In this document: positions 1 to 8,137 of the stretch, one piece after another
Numbering within the stretch: position 1 is the first letter of the stretch
Layout: each line of letters begins with the position of its first letter
From: Silvanigrellaceae bacterium
Lineage (GTDB): Bacteria; Bdellovibrionota_B; Oligoflexia; Silvanigrellales; Silvanigrellaceae
Direction of reading: 5' to 3'
Assembly: GCA_049423385.1 (NCBI GenBank)
Contig: JBMSQQ010000027.1
Span: 1-37,369, forward strand
Length of the DNA: 37,369 nt
Notes under the pieces: model-generated
The model's database searches: none
Told to the model about the DNA's origin: nothing
The model's input: only the letters and a program-made list of their open reading frames with translations
Made by a program: the position numbers and the translations under genes

Positions 1-2
1 GT

Positions 3-125
3 TCGGGCACCCAGGGCAAGGGCGAATTCTCGATGGAATTCCTCAAGTACGCTCCAGTGCCCAAGAACGTTCAAGAAGAAATGGTTGAGAAGTACAAGGC
101 CAAACGTGCAGCCGAGAACAAGTAA
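3..125 (+). CDS. fusA: Elongation factor G, C-terminal end (partial; runs off window start)
   Basis: Frame starting at nt 3 reads SGTQGKGEFSMEFLKYAPVPKNVQEEMVEKYKAKRAAENK* (TAA 123-125), matching the EF-G domain V motif (R)SxTQG(K/R)xxFSMEF. Confidence 0.92.
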   Translation, partial: SGTQGKGEFSMEFLKYAPVPKNVQEEMVEKYKAKRAAENK

Positions 126-127
126 CC

Positions 128-589
128 ATGACACTCGTGTCGTCTGAACTTGTTGAAGGCATGAATCAACTGCTGCAGGTGCTGACAACAGCCCTGCAGC
201 AGTTGCGTGTTCACAGGGCCAAAACCCGCGTCTGGGGATATTCGAGATTGTTCGATCAACTCACGGCTCAAGCTGCGACTTTGTCCGAATTTCAGGACGC
301 AGTCGTTTGCCGTCTGTTGGTGATGGACGCACATGTTGACCTTCAAAATGTAGGTCGTTTGCGAATTGGACAAACGGTTGAGGACATCCTGACGAGCGAG
401 CGTGGTTTGGCGCTCGAGAGCAGTCAGTTGTGTCAGCGCCTTTATGAAATCGCACGCGTGGACGTGTCGACGCGTGTCTTGTTGGAACGACTGGCTCTTT
501 CGGAAGACGAGCGCCTGCAGTCTTATGACCAGAGCCTTGAATTGATTCGTCAGTTGGGTACGCCACAATTTTTGGCCACCCGTTGCTGA
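128..589 (+). CDS. Bacterioferritin-fold protein lacking ferroxidase-centre and haem ligands
   Basis: 153 aa aligns by eye end to end with E. coli Bfr (N-x-LL, H29, WG-x-x-RL, R62, LQ-x-x-G-x-L-x-IG-x-x-VE, D112-x3-R116, L-x-LI-x3-G-x4-L). Most metal ligands are replaced. Confidence 0.8.
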   Translation: MTLVSSELVEGMNQLLQVLTTALQQLRVHRAKTRVWGYSRLFDQLTAQAATLSEFQDAVVCRLLVMDAHVDLQNVGRLRIGQTVEDILTSERGLALESSQLCQRLYEIARVDVSTRVLLERLALSEDERLQSYDQSLELIRQLGTPQFLATRC

Positions 590-618
590 CCTCCACAGGA
601 GTGGTTGGTTTGAACAGG

Positions 619-2046
619 ATGTCGCCCGAATCTGTTTTTTTTCTGCTTCCGTTTTTTTTGATGGCCGGCGTGGCTTTGCAGTCCGCCGGTCTTTATTTTT
701 GTCTCGTTCTCATTCCGATTTTGTGTGCCTGGCCTCTTCCCCGGGGTGCTCAAAGAGTTGTTTTAAGCACTGCGATGCTTTTGGCTGCCTGTTATTTTCT
801 TCCAGTCGTCATACAGTCGATCGTCGCGTTGACGGCAGATCCTTTGCGTTCGTGCGTTGTTGAGCCGCCGCGCATCAAGTCTTGTGACCTGACACCACAA
901 GCCTGGATCAAAAGCCCGGTGAGTGCTGCATTTGCCGGGCTCGGCTTGGGCTGGGGTTTTGTTGCATTTAGTAAGTCTCGAGACAGTCGTCTGAGTGGCG
1001 ACAATATTCAAGGCGCCGCAAACAACGAAGCTGGAAACGAGAAGCGATTGGAATTGTTTGCTCGTGGCTTGATTTTCGCCAGCGTCGTTTTTTTCATTTA
1101 CGGCGTTTGTCAGCATGTCACCGGCTTCAATTTGCTTTCCGCAGAGCGGATTCTGGCCGATGAACACAGGATGCCGAATGGTCGGTTTCGTATTTTTTCA
1201 TTTTATGGACATCCATTGTCTCTCGCTGGTGCTTCTTTGGTCTGGGTCGCGATTTCACTTTCTGCAGCCCACGATTCGTTTTCAAATAAAACTCGAGTTT
1301 TTGGATTGAGATTGTCGAATTGGTTGTTTGTGGGTGCAATTCAAACCGCCAATGTCTACATGTCTGGCGGACGAACGGCTTTGTTGGTGGCCATTGTGCT
1401 TTGGGGCATGCTTGCGATGGGCGTTCTCTCGAGCATAGCGAAGAATGTTCTGTTGCCGCGGATTTTTCCGAACCGTTCACAGACACCCATTTTGTTGGCG
1501 TTGACGCTTTTGCTGGCTGTGTGCTCTGTGGGAGCTGGAGTTTTCCTTTATTCGCTGGGGCCGGATTGGTTGACCTCGCGCGGTGTGGGAGGAGGAACAA
1601 TGGGACAAGGGCCTTTGGGCGACCGACCCTTGTTCTGGCAAACCTATTTGTCGATGTGGCGTGAAAGTCCTTGGTTCGGACAAGGGTATTTTGCAGTTGA
1701 GCATGGTGTGCGCAATCAGTTCTACAACAAGGAAGGTTTTGCTGGACTGCGCGATAAGTTCAACGCCCACAACATTTTTCTTGAAGTTCTTGGTATCTCG
1801 GGAATCGTCGGTCTTTTTGCGTTTCTCGGAGCTATGGTCCTGTTGTATTTGAACCTCAAGGTATTGGCTGGCCGCTCGCGTGAACGAGTTTGGTTATTGA
1901 AGGGTTTGCTGATTGCGGTGATCACCAATCTTTTGCATGGCATGACTCAAAACACGTTTTTCGATTCCGCGGTCTCGGCATGCTATCTTGGAATCGTGGG
2001 GTTGTTTGTTGTGCCACCCCTGAAGTCGAAATTTTTCAACGCCTGA
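619..2046 (+). CDS. O-antigen ligase (WaaL/Wzy_C)-family membrane protein
   Basis: Multi-TM protein with R-x-x-SFYGHPLS, SGGRTA, R-x-x-FW...SPWFGQG and AHNIFLE motifs. Start is ATG 619 or TTG 583. Confidence 0.8.
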   Translation: MSPESVFFLLPFFLMAGVALQSAGLYFCLVLIPILCAWPLPRGAQRVVLSTAMLLAACYFLPVVIQSIVALTADPLRSCVVEPPRIKSCDLTPQAWIKSPVSAAFAGLGLGWGFVAFSKSRDSRLSGDNIQGAANNEAGNEKRLELFARGLIFASVVFFIYGVCQHVTGFNLLSAERILADEHRMPNGRFRIFSFYGHPLSLAGASLVWVAISLSAAHDSFSNKTRVFGLRLSNWLFVGAIQTANVYMSGGRTALLVAIVLWGMLAMGVLSSIAKNVLLPRIFPNRSQTPILLALTLLLAVCSVGAGVFLYSLGPDWLTSRGVGGGTMGQGPLGDRPLFWQTYLSMWRESPWFGQGYFAVEHGVRNQFYNKEGFAGLRDKFNAHNIFLEVLGISGIVGLFAFLGAMVLLYLNLKVLAGRSRERVWLLKGLLIAVITNLLHGMTQNTFFDSAVSACYLGIVGLFVVPPLKSKFFNA

Positions 2047-2050
2047 CAAA

Positions 2051-3268
2051 ATGCAATGGAGGGTTGGCTTGAAGCTTCCGGGTGGGATAGCCGCGGCAAC
2101 CCTCGTCATTTCCCTTGTTGTCGCATTCATGGGTGCGGTCTTCTCCCATGGATTGAACGTAATCATTGATTTGAATCAGAAATTTCCTGTCCTCGTTTTT
2201 TTATTGCCGCTCTTGCTTTGGTTGACTCTCACGCTGGAAAAGCGAGTTGAGTTGATGTCCTCGGCGGTGAATCATTCTTGGAAATCAAACTCGCTGGTGA
2301 ACAAAGCAACAGTTTCGGATCTTTTGCTCTTGCCATTTTGCTGGTTGTCGCATTTGGGTGGAGCCTCGGTAGGACGCGAGAGTGTTGCTGTTCAATTGGG
2401 GCGAGGAATCTCTCATGTTGTTGGTGCATGCTTTGGTTTGCTTGAAAACCCGAGGTCGCGCGAAATTTTGATGCGTGTTGGAATGGCGTCTGGTTTTGCG
2501 GCTGTCTTTGGCACCCCTTGGACGGGACTGGTTTTTTCGTTTGAGTGGAAATCGGTCCAACAGGAAGATGATTTGGGGCGGGAGCCCATGTTCGACGCTG
2601 TAAAATTTGATGCTGTGGGTTGGGCCGCACTGGGCAGCGCAGCGTCGTGGTGGATGGCAAGTCAGATTTTGAAAGTGCCACATTCACATTTCGAGGTGGA
2701 AAGGCACCAGTTTGATCTTCATTGGATGGTATTCCTGATCGTCATGTTGTCTTTTGCCACAGGTCTCGCCTGGCTGCACAACAAGAGCGGAAAGCTATTC
2801 ACACGATGGTTTGAATTGTCAGGACGGTCCGTTTTTTTGCGTGTTTTTTTGCCGTCGGTGATCCTGATTTTGTTGTTCAAAAACGAAGAAACGGCAATCT
2901 ACAGGGGATTGGGTCTTGAAATTCTGGAGCTCGCTTTTTCAAGTGGTTCGTCGGCCGGATTGGATTTTTGGGATCCACTGTTGAAATCAATGGTCACCGT
3001 TTTTTGTCTCAGTGCAGGTTTCAAGGGAGGAGAAGTCACTCCCTTGTTGGCCATGGGAGCAAGCTCGGGATACGTTTTGGCAGAATGGATAGGTGTTCCA
3101 ACCCAGGCCGCGGCCGCTGTTGGATTTCCCCTGCTTTTTGCCCTCGTTTTTTCCGTGCCATTGTCATGTCTTGTTTTTTCGTTTGAGTTTTTTGGTTTCG
3201 AGCATGGTCTCTCCGGGGCGGCTCTGTGCTTTTTGTTGTTGATGAAGCGTGTCGCCCGGCACTATTGA
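2051..3268 (+). CDS. CLC-family anion channel/antiporter, CLC-F (fluoride exporter)-like
   Basis: SHLGGASVGRES, GFAAVFGTP...FSFE and GFKGGEVTPL motifs. GEVTP is the CLC-F clade signature. Confidence 0.82.
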   Translation: MQWRVGLKLPGGIAAATLVISLVVAFMGAVFSHGLNVIIDLNQKFPVLVFLLPLLLWLTLTLEKRVELMSSAVNHSWKSNSLVNKATVSDLLLLPFCWLSHLGGASVGRESVAVQLGRGISHVVGACFGLLENPRSREILMRVGMASGFAAVFGTPWTGLVFSFEWKSVQQEDDLGREPMFDAVKFDAVGWAALGSAASWWMASQILKVPHSHFEVERHQFDLHWMVFLIVMLSFATGLAWLHNKSGKLFTRWFELSGRSVFLRVFLPSVILILLFKNEETAIYRGLGLEILELAFSSGSSAGLDFWDPLLKSMVTVFCLSAGFKGGEVTPLLAMGASSGYVLAEWIGVPTQAAAAVGFPLLFALVFSVPLSCLVFSFEFFGFEHGLSGAALCFLLLMKRVARHY

Positions 3269-3381
3269 GATCGCCCATTTTTGACTTTGGACATTTTTGA
3301 GATTCAGCTTCAACATGAGTCATCTCTGGTGATTTAAACTCTATTCAAATTGAGTAGTTATCAAATTCAGTCGAAAAGCCA

Positions 3382-3409
3382 TCAATTCAGTTTTGATCCA
3401 AGCCGATAA
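3382..3409 (+). promoter_or_regulatory. Putative sigma-28 (FliA)-type promoter
   Basis: TCAA (3382-3385), 16 nt spacer, GCCGATAA (3402-3409; perfect sigma-28 -10), just upstream of the 3437 CDS. Confidence 0.5.
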
Positions 3410-3436
3410 CGCTGGAAAGGGTTGGGGAATTCGAAA

Positions 3437-5080
3437 ATGTGGAGTGATTTTCTCAAAATAAAGAGACAATCAGCGCTGATCATCAACAGCTTGGTTCCTG
3501 CATCCCTGTTTTTGATTTCGTGCTCGACGGGCTCAAATTCAGCTCCGATGTGCTCTTCGACGAAGTCTCTTCTCAGATTCGATGCCAGCCGTCCTCCGTT
3601 GACCTCAGACAATTTTAGACTTTTCAGCAATGGCGGGTTTATTGAGGTCGTCACCCGCAAAGACATTTTCGGACCCATCGACAGTTTTAGAACTTGCACG
3701 GCTTACGTTGAATTTTCCGACAGTCCCGTCGAAGGGGCATCTGGTTATTCGCAAGACTCGTTGACCATGAGCGTCTACACAGCATCACATTGTGTGGATT
3801 TGTCGCGTGATTATGCCATCAAAATCCACATGTTTGATACGTCTAAAAACGCTTATTATCCCATTCAAATGGAGTATCCGTTACTGAATGAAGTGAACAA
3901 ACTCAGAAAGAGCATGAAGGCGAAGGGCCTGTCGCAAGAGACTCAAACGAAGATTCTCAATGCCTTCAGAACCAATGTTGCAGACCTGGCAGGCCTGTTC
4001 AATCAACCCACGATGTCCTCGGGTAGCACAGGAACAGGGACTTCAACCGTGGCTGGTGAGATTTGCCTCAAGAAAAATGATTCGGTCTATCAGAATGTCT
4101 GTTCGACTTACCACGACCTTATTTCTTTCAAGGTTGAGCCATCGGCTTCAACCCCAACGGCGGTTCTCGATGTTCTGAAGGAAATCCGCAAATCTTCAAC
4201 AGACAGATTGTCGAATTGGATCAGCACTTCAAAACTCGCTGCAAAATTCACAAGTCAACCTGACACCAAATTGTACTTCTCGGATCAGCCTGATTCTCCC
4301 ATGGATTTGGCTGGGGTTCACAAAGCCGTTCGAACCCGGGTCAGAAATTATTCGATGTTTAAAATGCTGCAGTGGCTGCCCGATGATTTGAAAAACGACC
4401 TGGCAGGCTGCGAAACATCTGCAGCGTCTCAGGTGTGCAAGATTGCAAATGAGCTAGCGGGAATTGTTCAGGTTGGGCTGGTGGGAACCGGCTATGCCAC
4501 ATTCCCCGTTTCCCAGCTGCCTCAGGTCGTCGATTATTTGAAAACGGAATACATAGGCGCACTCAAGAAAATGGACACCATATTCACCGTGATTGAATCA
4601 TTGGCGGTGACCGTCGGCGGTGTCACGTCGATTCCGTTCGATACCCGCGTTCACTCGAATTTTCGGCTGGTGACGATCAATGATCCCACCGAAGACACTC
4701 CCGATCCTCGCGATGCGTCGCGAGCCTTCATGGTATTGAATATGAACAACTTGACTGGCGACAATACGGGCGCTCGGGGACATTTTATAAAATGGAATCC
4801 CACGACTCAATTGGGACGCTTTCTTCATCTGGAGATTGCCCGAACAATCACCGATTTGAATCGTCAACAGAGTGCGGCGAAAACTCCCCCATCTATTCCT
4901 CACGTGGGCTTTCTTCAAAAAGGCGACAGCGGTTCAATAGTTGTGGTGGAGCATCTTCCTTATTTTGCAGTGACAAGCGTGGATGGCGAATCGACTTCTG
5001 GTGGCGCGACGATTCGACCGCTTCCCGAGCCCATTGAGGAAGAGAAAATGGCAGGACCTGCCAAGTTGAATTGCAAATGA
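3437..5080 (+). CDS. Lipoprotein with trypsin-like (PA clan) serine protease motifs and large insertions
   Basis: Lipobox-like LFLISC; YTASHC (His codon 3788); HDLISFKV (candidate Asp 4115); QKGDSGS (Ser 4928). Start is ATG 3437 or TTG 3422. Confidence 0.65.
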   Translation: MWSDFLKIKRQSALIINSLVPASLFLISCSTGSNSAPMCSSTKSLLRFDASRPPLTSDNFRLFSNGGFIEVVTRKDIFGPIDSFRTCTAYVEFSDSPVEGASGYSQDSLTMSVYTASHCVDLSRDYAIKIHMFDTSKNAYYPIQMEYPLLNEVNKLRKSMKAKGLSQETQTKILNAFRTNVADLAGLFNQPTMSSGSTGTGTSTVAGEICLKKNDSVYQNVCSTYHDLISFKVEPSASTPTAVLDVLKEIRKSSTDRLSNWISTSKLAAKFTSQPDTKLYFSDQPDSPMDLAGVHKAVRTRVRNYSMFKMLQWLPDDLKNDLAGCETSAASQVCKIANELAGIVQVGLVGTGYATFPVSQLPQVVDYLKTEYIGALKKMDTIFTVIESLAVTVGGVTSIPFDTRVHSNFRLVTINDPTEDTPDPRDASRAFMVLNMNNLTGDNTGARGHFIKWNPTTQLGRFLHLEIARTITDLNRQQSAAKTPPSIPHVGFLQKGDSGSIVVVEHLPYFAVTSVDGESTSGGATIRPLPEPIEEEKMAGPAKLNCK

Positions 5081-5090
5081 CGCGGAGCCT

Positions 5091-5945
5091 TCAGCGGCAA
5101 TGAATTTTCCGTCGGGAACCGGAAATCAATCGTCGCGACGATGATTTCTTGCGGGGATGTGTCGAATCCTTGTGAGCCAGTGTGTCCATTCCCGAAGACT
5201 CGATATCAATATTTTGAGCTGTGTTTGGAGGATGCCCGGCATCGCTGCAGGCCTGCCGAACCAATTGCCGGCTCAGGCTGGCGAACGATTTTTCTTGTTG
5301 AATATGCAGTTTGCGCAGTTCTGCTTTGATTGAAAAAGATTCATCGACAATTTGCGACATCACGTTGTTCTGCGCTTGCATTTGATGTGACAGTGTTTCC
5401 ACGCGTCTCAAGAGATCTTGAACAACTTCATTGCGAGCGTCTTCCTCGGCGCCTGCGGTTGCGGACACCCAGTTGCGTTTCGATTGTGACAGGTTTTGCA
5501 TGGATTCGATGCGCTTCAAGAGGCTCAGGGCATTTTCGAGAATTCGGGTCTGTTGGCTCGCAGTTTCCTCGAACAATTTCGACAGTGGAGTTTCGGGATT
5601 GTGTTGCGTGATTACGACTTGAGGTTTGAATCCATCCGACACTGCCCCCGGGCGGATTTCGTTTCGAGGTGCGGTGCTTGAATTGCCTTCTTGAATGAGA
5701 TGTCCTGCTGCCGAATGCCTGCCGTAATAGCCTTTTTGGTGCAGCAGTACTTCGCTTTTCTTGTAGAACAGGCGACTGCGCGCTCCAACCCGCCTTCTTT
5801 CGAACGACAACTGACCACTCGACGTCAGCTGCGAAACTCGGGTGCGGGTCACTCCGAGAAGTGTCGCAACGTCGTTCACTTCAAGATCATAACCCTCGGA
5901 TGGATTGGTGGATGCGGCGTCCGAGAAGTCAGGATGCGTCATCAT
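5091..5945 (-). CDS. MerR/excisionase-like (HTH_17-type) DNA-binding protein with coiled coil and basic tail
   Basis: N-terminal LEVNDVATLLGVTRTRVSQLTSSGQL...RLFYKKSEV; heptad-rich central region; C-terminal RKKSSSRR...RRKIHCR; RBS AGGAG before ATG. Confidence 0.75.
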   Translation of the reverse strand: MMTHPDFSDAASTNPSEGYDLEVNDVATLLGVTRTRVSQLTSSGQLSFERRRVGARSRLFYKKSEVLLHQKGYYGRHSAAGHLIQEGNSSTAPRNEIRPGAVSDGFKPQVVITQHNPETPLSKLFEETASQQTRILENALSLLKRIESMQNLSQSKRNWVSATAGAEEDARNEVVQDLLRRVETLSHQMQAQNNVMSQIVDESFSIKAELRKLHIQQEKSFASLSRQLVRQACSDAGHPPNTAQNIDIESSGMDTLAHKDSTHPRKKSSSRRLISGSRRKIHCR

Positions 5946-5951
5946 GGTCTC

Positions 5952-6539
5952 CTATTGAGCAGGCCAACGAAGCGCGTAGGCAAAGGCAGAATAATCTTTT
6001 TTGAGATCACCCGCCAGTGCCCGGGTGTGAGTGAAGCCCTGATTGTCTATTGCCCAGGAGATGCCCCGTGCTTCATCAGCATAGCCCGAGTGCATGAAAA
6101 CGTGGGCAGGGTAGCCGGGAGCCTTGGGTTCATCGACCGTGAAGACAAGATCACCGGGTTCGAGGTCCCTTGAATCGGTGATTCGAATCCAGCCCAACTT
6201 GCTTTCAAGATAATTTGAAAAGGGTCTGGTCAGGAGCGAAAGTCGCTCACCATTCCAGATTCCATTTTGAGGAACATTGACTCCCATCATTCTCAGTGCA
6301 GTGGAGGCAAATGCAACACATGCGTTGCTGGTCGAGCCAAACCATGACATCACCGAACGATAAACATTGCGGTAGTTGCTTTCGTCCGAGAAAAAGCTGT
6401 TGAAGTCGCTTCCCGTGAGTCGGGGAAAACTCATTTGGCCAGTTTGATGTTCTTGAGCCGAGGAAAGCGGCACTTCAGCGGCCATCGCTGTGGTGGCCGC
6501 TGCGATGGAAACCAGAACAGATAGAATGCGAGTTTTCAA
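5952..6539 (-). CDS. Secreted NlpC/P60-CHAP-like cysteine hydrolase (putative peptidoglycan amidohydrolase)
   Basis: Signal peptide (TTG 6539 after GGAG; LKTRILSVLVSIAAATTAMA); NACVAFASTALR, LEPGDLVF and PAHVFM motifs give a papain-like Cys/His pair. Confidence 0.65.
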   Translation of the reverse strand: MKTRILSVLVSIAAATTAMAAEVPLSSAQEHQTGQMSFPRLTGSDFNSFFSDESNYRNVYRSVMSWFGSTSNACVAFASTALRMMGVNVPQNGIWNGERLSLLTRPFSNYLESKLGWIRITDSRDLEPGDLVFTVDEPKAPGYPAHVFMHSGYADEARGISWAIDNQGFTHTRALAGDLKKDYSAFAYALRWPAQ

Positions 6540-6621
6540 GGCAATCACTCCGACCTGATATGGTGCAGAAAAACGCCTTACGAATATGTCATAATACAAA
6601 GCAGTCGATCAAGCGGTGGTG

Positions 6622-8052
6622 TCATTGGAATGATTGGCTGGCCGAGATGGAGATGACTTGCAAGCGACCCGCGGAAGAATTCTGTTTGCCGACAACTTTT
6701 TCTGCAAGTCCGGTGCCGCGCTGCTCGGTGTAGTGAATACCATAATCACCCGTTCTCAGCTTCAGTCCGGTCGAAACAGAGACGCCTTTATAGTCCATGT
6801 ATTCTTTGCGCTGGTTGCTTGAGTTGAGATCCCGTGAAGCGGTGGCATCCTTGTTGGTGAAAAATCCGGTGCGCAAAAACAAGGTGTTGGCAAGGAGAAT
6901 CTCACTGCCGAAGGCGAAATTGATTGTTTCGGCTCGTTTGACCCTGGGATTGCTTCCATCTCCTGCGCCATGCCGGATGACGTCTCCGACGAGAGTGATT
7001 GGTTTCCAGGGCTGGTAGGCAAACCCCAATCTCAGTTCGTCGGGCCAACTGCTGACCAGACTTTCACTTTGCGTTCGAACGACGCTGCGTTGAAGGTTTC
7101 CTTTCAACTGCGGGTTTTCCGAATCCGAAACCTGGATAACCTTGTTGTTTGCATCCGTGAAGATTTTGTTGATCTCGAAATCGTAATCGAATTTCTCGAA
7201 GACGATTTGTGAACGACCGTATGAGATGCCCAGCTTCACCCCATTGTTGAATCCTGTGCGAATTCCGCATTTGACACTCCCACCACGCAGGACGAGATGC
7301 GTGCGCACGTTTTGGCCAAGAGTGCTGTAGATTGGGGTGTTGGGCAATGCTTCCGACGTATAAGGGCCTTGAACCACGTCCTGGTATATCTGTTCGAGTT
7401 CATCAACATCAAGGTAGGAAGCAGCGCAGCCAAAGCCACTCTCGCTGCCAAACCTCTTTGCTGCTCCCAGAATAAACTGCGAAGTGCCTGTGCGGATATT
7501 TGCGGCACGATGGTAGCGAATGACGTTGGGATCGGGTTCATTTTCGATGAGGGCATTCTCGTTGCTGAGCGAGGCATCCGGGTTGATAAAAGCAAAACCG
7601 ACGTTCAATACACCCAAAAGTGGCAGCGAAACCCGCTTCGACAAACCGAAGAACGATGACACGCTGCCACGCGCGGATTCCGTGAATTGCTTGTCGCCGA
7701 ATACTTTCTCGAAGGTGTTGCTTTTCAGGTAAAAGGTGTTGATCGAGCCACTCAACTCGAGTGATCCCTGGAGCGCAAGGCCACCGGGATTGTAATAGAG
7801 TCCCGAAGTGTCGTCCGAAAGTGCCGTGAAAGCCCCTCCAAGTCCAAGAGCCTTGGGACCAATCAGCAGATTGGAGTAGTGGAACAGGTCGGCATGCGAA
7901 ATATTTGAAAATGAAACAGAGATTACGGTAGCGAGTGAATAGAGTTTCAATTTGTCTGCAAACAGTGAGTGAAAAAAAGAAAACGCTTTGCCGGGACGCA
8001 CACGCGCCCACATCGAGGACGAGTTGGTGATGTTGGTCTTTTTTCTATTCAC
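6622..8052 (-). CDS. FadL/OmpP1/TodX-like outer-membrane beta-barrel
   Basis: IGPKALGLGGAFTALSDDTSGLYYNPGGLA hatch motif; amphipathic beta-strands; WPDELRLGFAYQP; aromatic near the C-terminus. Start codon uncertain. Confidence 0.78.
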   Translation of the reverse strand: MNRKKTNITNSSSMWARVRPGKAFSFFHSLFADKLKLYSLATVISVSFSNISHADLFHYSNLLIGPKALGLGGAFTALSDDTSGLYYNPGGLALQGSLELSGSINTFYLKSNTFEKVFGDKQFTESARGSVSSFFGLSKRVSLPLLGVLNVGFAFINPDASLSNENALIENEPDPNVIRYHRAANIRTGTSQFILGAAKRFGSESGFGCAASYLDVDELEQIYQDVVQGPYTSEALPNTPIYSTLGQNVRTHLVLRGGSVKCGIRTGFNNGVKLGISYGRSQIVFEKFDYDFEINKIFTDANNKVIQVSDSENPQLKGNLQRSVVRTQSESLVSSWPDELRLGFAYQPWKPITLVGDVIRHGAGDGSNPRVKRAETINFAFGSEILLANTLFLRTGFFTNKDATASRDLNSSNQRKEYMDYKGVSVSTGLKLRTGDYGIHYTEQRGTGLAEKVVGKQNSSAGRLQVISISASQSFQ

Positions 8053-8137
8053 CCCTTCATTTTTTCAGAACTGTGGGGTGGAGCGGGCGTAATTTTTGCC
8101 CAGTCGCCGGCCACCAAGCGCAACCCTGCAACAAAAT

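Noticed and set aside
5943..5954. The NlpC/P60-like gene's TAG is also in frame with the next gene (TAG GAG ACC ATG), hinting at genome-wide TAG recoding
   Set aside because: The TAG overlaps a good AGGAG RBS, in-frame adjacency occurs 1 time in 3 by chance, a secreted hydrolase-HTH fusion is implausible, and no other gene here contains internal TAGs.
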